The position numbers and the translations under genes are program-made. A stretch of DNA of 64,000 bases from Candidatus Iainarchaeum sp. (GTDB lineage: Archaea; Iainarchaeota; Iainarchaeia; Iainarchaeales; JAFCCW01). This document shows positions 8,766 through 17,808 of the stretch, one piece after another. The notes beneath the pieces were generated by a model. The model was given only the letters and a program-made list of their open reading frames with translations, was not told the origin of the DNA and made no database searches. The first letter of the stretch is position 1. Every line of letters starts with the position of its first letter. The DNA is taken from NCBI GenBank assembly GCA_017609985.1, contig JAFCCW010000004.1, forward strand, positions 1 to 64,000. The letters run 5' to 3'.

Positions 8766-10534
8766 TACAATTCCTCCTCTAAGTCTTTTTCAACAATATT
8801 TTTTTCAATGCTTTGAATTTCTTCAAGCAATTCCAATTCTTCAGAATTAAGTATTCCATCTTTTTTCAGCTCTTCAAACTGGTCTTCGGGAACAAAAGAA
8901 TAGAGCACATTACCCTCTTCCAAATTTCTTCCAAACACAGCTTTGTCAATCGAAACAGCAATTTCTTCTCCTTTTTTTCCTTCACTAATTGACTCGTTTT
9001 CTTTTTGAAGCCCAGTAATTTTTCCAACAATAATTTTATTGGTCATAACAGTTGTTCCTGGCTTTATTTTTCCTTCTGAAACCTTTACTCCAACTACTGC
9101 TGGCTTGCTGTTTCTGAATACGAATCCAGGAATTAGCTCGAGTCTTGCAGGCATTGTAAGAAGTTCAAGCTTTTCCTTTTTCTTAGCATCTCTTTTATCA
9201 TTAACCCATTTTTCATAATCCTCAATTAGCTTGTAAATAACATCTCCTTTGAAAATCTTTATTTTATGCAGTTTAGCTTCTTCCTTTGCATTATCATCAA
9301 CACTCACATTGAATGCAAACAATACTCCCATAAGCTCGTCCTTTTTCTTTACAGTCAAAGCCTCCATAACATCTCTCTTTGAAACATTTCCAATATCTGC
9401 AGTCTTAACCTTGAAATTACTTCCTTCAAGCAATTTAATACAAGCCTCTAAGGAACCCAAAGTATCTGCTTTTACAACAGGGCCAATTTCTTGTTCCAAA
9501 TCAATCTTAACATTCTTAATTTCTTCCTCAATTTCTTTTTCTTCTTCCCCTGTTTTAATAACTGAAATAGGAGAACCAGCAAGAGCATTTTCAAGGTCTG
9601 GAGCAGCAATTTTTAATCCTGAAGCAGCTCCAACCTGTTTGAAGTGATTAAATTTTTCTTTTGGGTCTCTGATTTCCTCCATTGGCTTTGGCTTAAGCAA
9701 TGCTCTGACCTTTGTCTTAATTATTCCTCTGCTTCCGCCAAGAACTATTTCATCTCCAACATTTATTACTCCATCGTAAAGAATAACATCAACTGTCTTT
9801 CCAAGACCTCGTTCTTCCTTAACCTCTAGCACTGTTCCCTTTCCTGCTGAATTTTCGTGAATTTCCAGATTTTTTTCAAGAAACTTTTGAGACAATCCTG
9901 AAAGAAGCATTAAGAGTTCAGGAATTCCCTCTCCAGTCATTGCAGAAACAGGAACAATACTGATTTGTTTACTGAAATCATTGCATCTGTCAAATCTCTC
10001 ACTCAAAATTCCTTTCTCGTGCAATTGTCCAACAAGCCTGTAAATTTTTTCATCAAGCTCTTTTTCTCCCTTTTCATTCTGGTTTTTTAGATTTTCAAGA
10101 AATGACCCTTCTTTGCTATCCCAAGATTGAATTAAATCAATCTTGTTTGCTGCGACAATAAATGGTGTTTTGAAAGATTTAAGAATTTCAATTGCTTCAA
10201 TTGTCTGGGGTTGGGCAAGTTGAGTAATATCAATTGCAAGCACTGCAAGATCAGCAATACTCCCTCCTCTTGTTCTCAAGCTAGTGAATGCTTCGTGTCC
10301 AGGAGTATCAATAAAAAGCAGTCCAGGAATTTTCACATCAAACCCAAACTGTTTCATTAACTTTCCTGAAAGATTTTCAATTACCTGAATTGGAACCTCT
10401 GTTGCACCAATGTGCTGAGTGATTGCACCAGCTTCTTTTTCAGCAATGCCTGTGCCCCTAATTCTGTCCAGCAACTTTGTCTTGCCATGGTCAACATGTC
10501 CAAGAACAGTTATTATGGGCTGGCGAATAACCAC
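8765..10534 (-). CDS. infB: translation initiation factor aIF5B (IF-2)
   Basis: RQPIITVLGHVDHGKT, GAITQHIGA, IDTPGHEAF, ADTLGSLEA. Confidence 0.97.
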   Translation of the reverse strand: MVIRQPIITVLGHVDHGKTKLLDRIRGTGIAEKEAGAITQHIGATEVPIQVIENLSGKLMKQFGFDVKIPGLLFIDTPGHEAFTSLRTRGGSIADLAVLAIDITQLAQPQTIEAIEILKSFKTPFIVAANKIDLIQSWDSKEGSFLENLKNQNEKGEKELDEKIYRLVGQLHEKGILSERFDRCNDFSKQISIVPVSAMTGEGIPELLMLLSGLSQKFLEKNLEIHENSAGKGTVLEVKEERGLGKTVDVILYDGVINVGDEIVLGGSRGIIKTKVRALLKPKPMEEIRDPKEKFNHFKQVGAASGLKIAAPDLENALAGSPISVIKTGEEEKEIEEEIKNVKIDLEQEIGPVVKADTLGSLEACIKLLEGSNFKVKTADIGNVSKRDVMEALTVKKKDELMGVLFAFNVSVDDNAKEEAKLHKIKIFKGDVIYKLIEDYEKWVNDKRDAKKKEKLELLTMPARLELIPGFVFRNSKPAVVGVKVSEGKIKPGTTVMTNKIIVGKITGLQKENESISEGKKGEEIAVSIDKAVFGRNLEEGNVLYSFVPEDQFEELKKDGILNSEELELLEEIQSIEKNIVEKDLEEEL

Positions 10535-11091
10535 TAGTTTTCACCGTCCGATTTTTCATTGCTTTTGCTTTCTTCTTTTTTGGCATTTTCTTTAACCCCA
10601 AGATTCTGATGAATTCCATCATAGGTGTTCTCTGAGTCTTCTTCAAGTTCAATAAACACAAGCTGCATTACTCTTGCATTTTTCTTGATTATGAGTCCTG
10701 CTGGGTTTTTTACAACAAGAAGAGACTCACTCTTTCCCTTAAACCCTGGGTCCCAGAGAGCTGTTTCAACAAAAGCACCCATCCTCAGCAAAGAAGACCT
10801 TGAAAGACCAAAAGCTGTTGCATTTGCAGGAATGCTTACTACTTCATTAAATCTGACTTTGTAGCATCCTTTCTCAAGCTTTATTTTGTCATTTTCAAAG
10901 TCAAGCTCTTTTTCTTCTGGAAACTTTCTTTCTTCATTGCTGAAATCAATTGTTCCGGCTCCCTCAAGAGCAAATATTTTTTCAACAGTCATATCTATTC
11001 CAGACTGTTGTATTTGCTCTTCAAGGTCTATTGAACTTTCAACAAGTCCTTTTTCAGCAAGCTTTTTTATTTTCTGGTGTGTAAAAATCAA
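10534..11091 (-). CDS. dut: trimeric dUTPase (dUTPase/dCTP deaminase family)
   Basis: SRSSLLRMG, ALWDPGFKG, ARVMQLVF, YDGIHQ. Probable TTG start at 11091, inside the ndk 3' end. Confidence 0.82.
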   Translation of the reverse strand: MIFTHQKIKKLAEKGLVESSIDLEEQIQQSGIDMTVEKIFALEGAGTIDFSNEERKFPEEKELDFENDKIKLEKGCYKVRFNEVVSIPANATAFGLSRSSLLRMGAFVETALWDPGFKGKSESLLVVKNPAGLIIKKNARVMQLVFIELEEDSENTYDGIHQNLGVKENAKKEESKSNEKSDGEN

Positions 11092-11470
11092 AAAAATGTT
11101 CTGCAATTTCCACATTCTCTGAAGCATGCACTACATTGCACTGGTTGCTGACAGAATAGTCTCCCCTGATTGTTCCAGGTTCAGCTTCTCTGCCAAGAGT
11201 ACTTCCAACCATTTTTCTGACAACAGCACAAGCCGCTTTTCCTTCAAGCACAAGCAATATTGATGGCACGCTTGACATGAAGTTGATTAATTCTTCATAG
11301 AATGCCTTGTCCTTGTGGTGGGCATAATGTTCTTTTAGAGTACATGCTTCTAAATGAGCCATTTTCATTCCCGCGATTTTCAGTCCTTTTTTTTCAAATC
11401 TCTGGATTACTTCTCCAGCCAAGTCCCTATTTATCGCATCAGGTTTTATGATTACAAGAGTTCTCTCCAT
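11054..11470 (-). CDS. ndk: nucleoside diphosphate kinase, C-terminus aberrant or truncated
   Basis: ERTLVIIKPDA, HYAHH, PGTIRGDY, NVVHAS; the conserved C-terminal E(I)xxFF helix is missing. Confidence 0.88.
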   Translation of the reverse strand: MERTLVIIKPDAINRDLAGEVIQRFEKKGLKIAGMKMAHLEACTLKEHYAHHKDKAFYEELINFMSSVPSILLVLEGKAACAVVRKMVGSTLGREAEPGTIRGDYSVSNQCNVVHASENVEIAEHFFDFYTPENKKAC

Positions 11471-11471
11471 T

Positions 11472-11816
11472 CTATGCCCCTCCTTTTTTCTTTGCTTTAA
11501 TTGCAGTTCTCTTCTTGCTTCTTTTCAGCTTTTTCTTTGACTTTTTCTGCTTCTTTTCCTTTACTTTTTCATTTTCTTGTTTCTGCTTCTTTTCTTTTTT
11601 TACTTCTTCTTTCTTTTCTTGCTTTTCCTTTTTTGGTTTTGCCTTGTGTGACTGGTAATCAGAAGTCCACTTAGTTTTTCTTGGATTTCTCTTAAGCTTC
11701 AACTGATTCATTTCACACTTTCTAGAACAAAGAGCAAGAGCTGTTCCATCCTTTTTTACAAAGATTTTTCCCCTGCCTTCATCAATTTCTTCTCCACAAA
11801 ATGAGCATTCAACCAT
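11472..11816 (-). CDS. rpl24e: ribosomal protein L24e with Lys-rich tail
   Basis: CSFCG...GRG...CSRKC...RNPRKTKWT. Confidence 0.96.
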   Translation of the reverse strand: MVECSFCGEEIDEGRGKIFVKKDGTALALCSRKCEMNQLKLKRNPRKTKWTSDYQSHKAKPKKEKQEKKEEVKKEKKQKQENEKVKEKKQKKSKKKLKRSKKRTAIKAKKKGGA

Positions 11817-11827
11817 TAAACCACCTT

Positions 11828-12046
11828 TTAACGAGCTTTGATTTCCTTTGCTTCTCTTTCAGTGTTCAGCAGAATTACAACATCACCTTTTCTGATAAGG
11901 CCTTTTACGTTTCTTCTCTTAACACGCCCTTGTTCTGGGCCATTAAGAATTCTGCATAGCACTTGAATTATTTCTCCATGAACACCGGTTCTTTTGACTA
12001 TTTCAACAACCTCTGCAGGTGTTCCCCTTTCAGTGCCTTCAGCCAT
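11828..12046 (-). CDS. rps28e: ribosomal protein S28e
   Basis: PAEVVEI, RTGVHGE, RNVKG, TEREA. Confidence 0.96.
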   Translation of the reverse strand: MAEGTERGTPAEVVEIVKRTGVHGEIIQVLCRILNGPEQGRVKRRNVKGLIRKGDVVILLNTEREAKEIKAR

Positions 12047-12047
12047 T

Positions 12048-12419
12048 TTATTCACCCTTGTTCAGCTTTGTTAGATTTTCTGTAATTTCTTTTAATTCTT
12101 TTTTTGCTTCGCCTTCGTCCATTATTGCAATTGAAGCAGTTCCAACTTCAATTCCTGCTTTTTCTCCAAGTTCTTTCTTGGTTGGCAAGTAACTGAAAGG
12201 AATTCTCTTTTCATTGCAGATTAAAGGCAAGTGCATCACAATTTCTGGAGGAGAAACATCCTGTGCAATAAACACAATCTTTGCTTTTCCTCGCTCAACT
12301 GCCTTTGTAACTTCGTTTACTCCAATTTTTATTTTACCGTTCTTTTTTACCTTTTCGAGAAGTGAAAGCTGCTTTTCGTTAAGCTTGGCTGGCACTTCAA
12401 ACTTTACTAAGTCTGCCAT
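12048..12419 (-). CDS. rpl7ae: ribosomal protein L7Ae
   Basis: [36 protein letters not shown]. Confidence 0.97.
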   Translation of the reverse strand: MADLVKFEVPAKLNEKQLSLLEKVKKNGKIKIGVNEVTKAVERGKAKIVFIAQDVSPPEIVMHLPLICNEKRIPFSYLPTKKELGEKAGIEVGTASIAIMDEGEAKKELKEITENLTKLNKGE

Positions 12420-12437
12420 ATGAATTACACCTCCGTA

Positions 12438-12475
12438 CAGGAACTCAATCCCCGCAGGGACATCATCATTACCTG
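12438..12475 (-). promoter_or_regulatory. putative kink-turn (box C/D-like) in the rpl7ae 5' UTR
   Basis: mRNA reads CAGG-UA-AUGAUGA-UG-UCCC-UGC-GGGGA-UUGA-GUU-CCUG, 3 nt upstream of SD GGAGGUG. Confidence 0.7.
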
Positions 12476-12561
12476 CTTTTCATTGGCGAAAAACAGAATA
12501 AGTTCCTAATATAAAATGCCCAAGAAAACCTTTAAAAAGGCTTACTTGTGGGTAAAAGTGT

Positions 12562-12816
12562 CTAAATTTTTTTGTATGCCTTCTTTCTGTGAGAAACACT
12601 CAGCAAAATTATTTCCTTTTTCATTGTTAAAATTTTTGAGATGACTCTGTATTTTCCAATCCTTAGCTTGAACAAAGGAAATCCATGCAGTCTTTCAAAA
12701 GTGTGAAAAGGGTCTTTTGAAGAAATTAATAGTTTTTCTTTGATTCTTTCCCGCTCATTTTTTTCAAGCTTCTTTAATGATCTGGCAAACTTTTCAGTAA
12801 CAATTAATTCAAACAA
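12562..12816 (-). CDS. relE: RelE/ParE-family type II toxin
   Basis: 84 aa, basic; FKLRIGKYRVI and HRKKAYK motifs. Confidence 0.88.
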   Translation of the reverse strand: MFELIVTEKFARSLKKLEKNERERIKEKLLISSKDPFHTFERLHGFPLFKLRIGKYRVISKILTMKKEIILLSVSHRKKAYKKI

Positions 12817-13050
12817 TTATATTCCCCATTTTTCTTCAGCTTCTTTAAGCGAAAGAACCCTGCCCTTTTTTATGTCTTCCAGAGACTCTTCAATCTGATT
12901 TATTTCCTCTTTTGAAAGACTTTCCTCATTTTCGCTAATTTTTATTAATCTTACTATTACCTTCTGATAGCTCTCTTCCTCAAAGTTTTTGAAGTTATCA
13001 AGCCTGTTTTTTATTTCACTATCTATTCTAATGGTTGTGGTTTCACCCAA
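12817..13050 (-). CDS. cognate antitoxin (RHH-like N-terminus, acidic C-terminus)
   Basis: TTTIRID...ESYQKVIVRLI; IEESLEDIKKGRVLSLKE; abuts the toxin gene. Confidence 0.85.
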   Translation of the reverse strand: MGETTTIRIDSEIKNRLDNFKNFEEESYQKVIVRLIKISENEESLSKEEINQIEESLEDIKKGRVLSLKEAEEKWGI

Positions 13051-13062
13051 AACGAATCACCA

Positions 13063-13088
13063 ATATACTTGTGTATACAGTAGTATAT
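13063..13088. promoter_or_regulatory. 26-bp imperfect palindrome, likely TA operator
   Basis: ATATACTTGTGTATACAGTAGTATAT, 22/26 self-complementary, overlapping the TATA-like box and running up to SD GGTGA. Confidence 0.6.
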
Positions 13089-13096
13089 AAAACTAT

Positions 13097-14776
13097 TTAT
13101 TCGTGGGTAAAATACAGCAAAATTCTGCCGTCTTTTTTCTCATCTATTCTAGCATCCCCAAACTTGTCTAAACTAACCACGGTTCCTTCTTCAACTTCAG
13201 CAAGCCTTTCTCCAGCAAGCCCAATTTCTTTGCTGTTGTCCGGCATTACAACAACTGCATCAACTCCCTGCAAAACCCAACCTGCAACAGGCAAGCCATC
13301 AGACTCAAGACCCGTGAAATCAGCTTCTGCATCCATCTCGTCTAGTCTCTTCAGTTTGACATTGTATGCATTTCTCAACCTAATGCTCTTGCTCTTTTCT
13401 CTCCACGCCTTCTCCAAATCCTGCCTTGCAACAATAAATTTCTGTTCTCCTTCCTCTAATTCAATCTTTGCACCATCAACATCTGCTGCTGATTCAGGAC
13501 AGTAATTTACACTTAATTGAACAGGGTCTCTGACAAAAGGAATTCTCTCCACTTCTCCCAATACCTCTTTGTTAAGCGAGTTCAGATTCTTTTTCCCAAT
13601 GCTTGTATCTGAAGATTTAATTCCAATTCCAATAATTGCTTTTCTAAGAGCTTCTGCCTGAAAACCACGCTTTCTCAAAGCTCTGATTGTTCCCAGTCTT
13701 GGGTCATCCCAGCCAGTGTACTCTCCGTCCTCGATTCCCTTCTTTATCTTGCTTGTGCTCAACACCATTCCTTCAAGGCTGACTCTGCCAAAGTGAATCA
13801 GGTGAGGGTAATCCCATTCAAAATATTCATACAAAAACTTCTGCTTTGTTGCATTCTGCTCGTGCTCCTGCCCTCTGATAATCAGTGTTACTCCCAGCTC
13901 GTGGTCGTCTATTGCAGAAGCAAAATTATAGCTTGGCCAGACATGCACATTCTTTGCATTCTCATTAGGATGCTCTACTTCGTTAACAATCTTTGCAGCC
14001 CACCAGTCCCTGATGCTTGGGTCCTTGTGCTTCAAATCTGTCTTGATTCTAAGAACAGCTTCTCCTTCTGCGAACTTGTGCTCTATCATATCCTCAAATC
14101 TTGCAAGATTCACTTCTTTTCCCAGGCTCCTGCAGGCACACTCTTCACCTTGCTTCACAAGCTCTCTCCACTTATCCGGCTCGCAAGTGCACACGTAAGC
14201 TTTTTCAAGCATTATTGCTGTTCGCATAAACCTGTGGTATGTCTCCAGCCTATCGCTAGCAAAAAAAGTTTCATCAACCTTGCAACCAAGCCAGTTAAGG
14301 TCTTCTTTGAAAATTTCTTCAGCATTCTCTATTGGCTTCTTAACCTTTGGGTCAGTATCATCAAACCTAAGCAAGAATCTGCCATTGTACTTCTTTGCAT
14401 ATTCGTGGCTGATAATAACTGCTCGTGCGTTTCCAAGATGAAAAGGCCCGTTTGGATTCGGAGCATACCTGGTTACAACCTCTTCTTCACCAGCCTCAGC
14501 CCACTCAAGGAGTGGAAGACCCTCTGCCTTTTCCTGTGGCTTTAATTCATATCCTTCCTCTTCAAATTTGTTGTACTCTTCTCCAATCTCTTCCTGCTTC
14601 ATTCCATTAACTTTTTTCACTGCTTCAGTTATTGCAGGCATTGCTTCTCTGATGTCAAGCTCTTTGTCAAGAGCCTTCATCTTGCCCACGATTGCTCCAA
14701 CATCAGCGCGACCGTTATGTAGAAAAGCATTCTTTATTGCGTAACGGTAAGCGTCTTTTTCAAGATTCACTGCCAT
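13097..14776 (-). CDS. gltX: glutamyl-tRNA synthetase (archaeal type)
   Basis: RYAPNPNGPFHLGN, LRFDDTDP, IIRGQEH, LSTSK, GWDDPRLGT. Confidence 0.97.
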   Translation of the reverse strand: MAVNLEKDAYRYAIKNAFLHNGRADVGAIVGKMKALDKELDIREAMPAITEAVKKVNGMKQEEIGEEYNKFEEEGYELKPQEKAEGLPLLEWAEAGEEEVVTRYAPNPNGPFHLGNARAVIISHEYAKKYNGRFLLRFDDTDPKVKKPIENAEEIFKEDLNWLGCKVDETFFASDRLETYHRFMRTAIMLEKAYVCTCEPDKWRELVKQGEECACRSLGKEVNLARFEDMIEHKFAEGEAVLRIKTDLKHKDPSIRDWWAAKIVNEVEHPNENAKNVHVWPSYNFASAIDDHELGVTLIIRGQEHEQNATKQKFLYEYFEWDYPHLIHFGRVSLEGMVLSTSKIKKGIEDGEYTGWDDPRLGTIRALRKRGFQAEALRKAIIGIGIKSSDTSIGKKNLNSLNKEVLGEVERIPFVRDPVQLSVNYCPESAADVDGAKIELEEGEQKFIVARQDLEKAWREKSKSIRLRNAYNVKLKRLDEMDAEADFTGLESDGLPVAGWVLQGVDAVVVMPDNSKEIGLAGERLAEVEEGTVVSLDKFGDARIDEKKDGRILLYFTHE

Positions 14777-14819
14777 AAAACCACAATACAATTAGCAGGA
14801 AAACAATTAAAAAATAGAT

Positions 14820-15575
14820 TTAGATGTTTTTTCCTCTTTCCCAGACTTTGTCAAAATAGTGTGTCAGGGCAGAGTTCAATCCCTTGTTGTCGTTCCATAT
14901 CATGAAATGATATTCTGGTTTTTCTTCATTGAAGTTGTTCAATGCAAGAATAACTTTTTTGTCGTCAATCAAATAAGCATCCAGCCCGTGGGAAAAATGT
15001 TTCATGTCCACGCCGTGCTTTGTAAGTCGCTTTGCTGCCTCGCTTGGAAAATGATTCACGACCTTGAAAGCCACGTTTTTTTCCCTTGCCTTTTTTACTG
15101 CGGGTTCCAGATGGGTAGCATCGTCTTTGAGGGAAGTAAATGCAACAACCTGATTTTCTGCTTTTTCAAGCTCTTGTGCCAGAATCTTGTTGAAATCCCG
15201 CCTGTCCTTTACTCTCATGACTTTCTCCCCTGACTTTTCTGCTTCTTCTCCAAGTCCGGAAACATAGTCCTTGAGCTTTGAAGCTCTCTCTTCCAGCTGA
15301 ACAATTTCCTGCTTTTTGCTGCTTAACAGCAAATCAATTGCTTCTGATGGCTCTATAACCCTGTATCTCTTTGGTCTTCCGCTAATCTCAATAATTAACC
15401 CTCGTTCAATAAGCTTGTCTAATACATCATAAACCCTTGTTTTTGGCACTTGCGCTGTCCTACTAACCTCTGGAGCCTCGCTTTCTTTAAGGTTAAACAG
15501 AGTTGAGAGAGTCTTGCTTTCATACTCTGTTAAGCCAAGCTCTTCAAGTAATAAGCTTATTTTTGTTCCATTCAT
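14820..15575 (-). CDS. TrmB-family transcriptional regulator
   Basis: LGLTEYESK, VPKTRVYDVLDKLIERG, GRPKRY; PLD-like effector domain. Confidence 0.92.
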   Translation of the reverse strand: MNGTKISLLLEELGLTEYESKTLSTLFNLKESEAPEVSRTAQVPKTRVYDVLDKLIERGLIIEISGRPKRYRVIEPSEAIDLLLSSKKQEIVQLEERASKLKDYVSGLGEEAEKSGEKVMRVKDRRDFNKILAQELEKAENQVVAFTSLKDDATHLEPAVKKAREKNVAFKVVNHFPSEAAKRLTKHGVDMKHFSHGLDAYLIDDKKVILALNNFNEEKPEYHFMIWNDNKGLNSALTHYFDKVWERGKNI

Positions 15576-15590
15576 TTATTCACACCATAT

Positions 15591-15688
15591 TCGTTTAATT
15601 TTACTATATTATAATATCGTTTCATTTTTCCTAAGTTTCCTTTTTTAATTAAGTAAATCGTTTAATTTTACTATATTATAATATCGTT
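15591..15688. repeat. two exact 31-bp direct repeats (15591-15621, 15658-15688) upstream of the trmB-like gene
   Basis: TCGTTTAATTTTACTATATTATAATATCGTT twice, 36-bp spacer; each contains the palindrome ATATTATAATAT. Confidence 0.85.
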
Positions 15689-15736
15689 AGGAGTATATAA
15701 ATTTACTGTGCAGAGTTAATTTGGGGTTGTTTGCAA

Positions 15737-16549
15737 TCATTGAAAAGCTATTGCAGCATATCCTACAACGCTTTCTTCCTCGCCAGTAACATCGCCCGAG
15801 TTTGCATAATTAAGTAATTCTCCTTTTTTCAATCCAATTTCTTTTCCAAAGCCAATTCCTGCAACTATTGCTCCTGCGCCGCATACGCTGATTTTGTTGT
15901 TCAAAACATATTCATAAAATCCAGTTGAATCCATCTTCTCCAGAAAAGCAATTGCCTTCAAATCCTTTTCTCTGGCTTGCTCTGCCGGCTCATAGTGAGT
16001 AAAATCACTGCTTATAATTACACTTGTCTTTTTTTCAAGATTTCCAATTAATTTTCCCAGCGTCTCGAGCTCTCCTTGGCTTTGCTCTGCAAGCGTTATA
16101 GGCACAATCTTTGCATTTTTTGCAGTCCCACCTATTTTTTCTTGCAAAAATTGCAAAAAAGGAAGCTGTACTTCAAGTGAATGTTCTTGCAAGTGCGCTG
16201 ACTCGTCAAATTCTGCATTGATTTCCTCTACAATCTTTTCCGCCAGCTCTCTGTCAACCTGCAATCTTCCAAGCGGTGTTTCCCATTGCTTTGCCTCTGT
16301 AATAGATACTGGTGAGCCAAATCCAGTGTGGTTTGGCCCAAGCAAAACATAACTCTCTGCCTTCGCAAGCCTTGAGAATGCAAGCGCAGCAAGCCTTCCG
16401 GAATAGGTGTAGCCAGCGTGCGGTGAAATAATAAGCCTTGAATTCTGTTTCAGTTTCAGACCAGAGAAAAACTCTTCAAGTTCCTGCCAAAGCTCTTCTC
16501 TGCCTTCAGGATAAAACCTGCCTGCTACTGCTGCCTGCCTTGCTGCCAT
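15737..16549 (-). CDS. amrB: MEMO1-family protein (AmmeMemoRadiSam protein B)
   Basis: AVAGRFYP, SPHAGYTYSG, GPNHTG, EHSLEVQLPFL, SSDFTHY, VCG, VVGYAA. Confidence 0.93.
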   Translation of the reverse strand: MAARQAAVAGRFYPEGREELWQELEEFFSGLKLKQNSRLIISPHAGYTYSGRLAALAFSRLAKAESYVLLGPNHTGFGSPVSITEAKQWETPLGRLQVDRELAEKIVEEINAEFDESAHLQEHSLEVQLPFLQFLQEKIGGTAKNAKIVPITLAEQSQGELETLGKLIGNLEKKTSVIISSDFTHYEPAEQAREKDLKAIAFLEKMDSTGFYEYVLNNKISVCGAGAIVAGIGFGKEIGLKKGELLNYANSGDVTGEEESVVGYAAIAFQ

Positions 16550-17748
16550 CAGTCTGCACCCGCTGAGAGCAAATCATTCAATGCAATTATTGACTCTGCA
16601 ACATTGTTTCTCAGAACTTCAAGCTCTTCTCCTGAAAATCGCTTTGTTCTCATATAAGGGAGTGGTGTATCATGCTCATGTCTGACTGGTGCCTTTCCTG
16701 CTTCTTCAACCAATCCCCATTTTTGCATAACTTTTGGAACATCAATAGAGTTGTAGCCTGGAAAAGTTCTTGCAAGCGCAAGAGTGCTCATTGAAGTGCT
16801 GTCTTGCGGAGATTCATATAATTCCATTGGCACTACAACAACGCGCCTCCCATCTCCCTTCCACCAGTCGCACCATTTTCTTTCAATATAATCCGGCTGG
16901 AAAAGAATAGTGTATACGATCTCTGCAGACCTATCAGTGTCTCTAAGCAATCCTATTTCCCTAAGTCTTCTGTCAATTGCATATAGTTCCGAATTAAGTT
17001 TGCTTGTTTCTTCATTATAGCCCTGAGTTTTTTCTTCAATTTCTTGGTATGCTCTTAGTCTTTCCCGGTTTCCAGGGCGCTCCAAGAACATCTGCACATA
17101 TCTTCCATTCCTGTAGGAAGGGGTTGCTCTGTTGTTGACTGCGTGAATGCTCACAGACCTTGTCTGCCCCCCTGTTGAAAACAAATAGATGTGCGGGGCT
17201 GGAATGCATTTTCTGTCAAAAATTATCCTGACATGCGAACCATCTTTTGGTTCTATTCCTGTTATCTTGCAGGCTGGCTGCTTGTCATATTCAATCGAGA
17301 TGTTTGCGCTATTTACACTAAAATATGTTCTTGTTGAATTAAGCTTGACTCTTACAACTTCTTTAGCTGTTTTTTTCCTGCTTTCCCCGCTGTCACCGTA
17401 GTATACAATGCCTTTCTTTTTTCCTTCCTCTAGCTTCAGCGTATAAGTTGAAGTTTTTGGGGTGCTGTTTCCAATCCTGCTTTGCTTTCTTACTTCCACT
17501 GTTGCGCTTCTTGGACCAACTTCTTTAACAAGAAAGCTTATTCTCTGAGTCTCGCCAAAAAGCCAATCTTTTTCAATTTCCTCGTTTGGAATGATGTAAG
17601 AGTTTTCTTTTGCTATGCCAATTTCTGTCTTTGAAAAAAAATAAGGTGACTTTGAAACAGTCAGACTTGAATGCAATGCAAAGCAGTTTCCCACAATAAT
17701 CAAGAGGGCTAATGCAATCAGCAAAATCCTTTTGTTAGGCAATGGCAT
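16549..17748 (-). CDS. hypothetical secreted protein
   Basis: N-terminal signal peptide; 399-aa ORF with a TGATG overlap onto amrB; no recognised domain. Confidence 0.7.
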   Translation of the reverse strand: MPLPNKRILLIALALLIIVGNCFALHSSLTVSKSPYFFSKTEIGIAKENSYIIPNEEIEKDWLFGETQRISFLVKEVGPRSATVEVRKQSRIGNSTPKTSTYTLKLEEGKKKGIVYYGDSGESRKKTAKEVVRVKLNSTRTYFSVNSANISIEYDKQPACKITGIEPKDGSHVRIIFDRKCIPAPHIYLFSTGGQTRSVSIHAVNNRATPSYRNGRYVQMFLERPGNRERLRAYQEIEEKTQGYNEETSKLNSELYAIDRRLREIGLLRDTDRSAEIVYTILFQPDYIERKWCDWWKGDGRRVVVVPMELYESPQDSTSMSTLALARTFPGYNSIDVPKVMQKWGLVEEAGKAPVRHEHDTPLPYMRTKRFSGEELEVLRNNVAESIIALNDLLSAGAD

Positions 17749-17808
17749 AAGTAAAATTAAGGTCTTCTAATATATATATTATTTATCGAATTAGTAATAT
17801 ATCAATAT

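Noticed and set aside
15591-15688. Mini-CRISPR array (31-bp repeat, 36-bp spacer)
   Set aside because: Only two repeats, very AT-rich repeat and spacer, no cas genes in the window, and a position over a regulator's promoter that fits operators better
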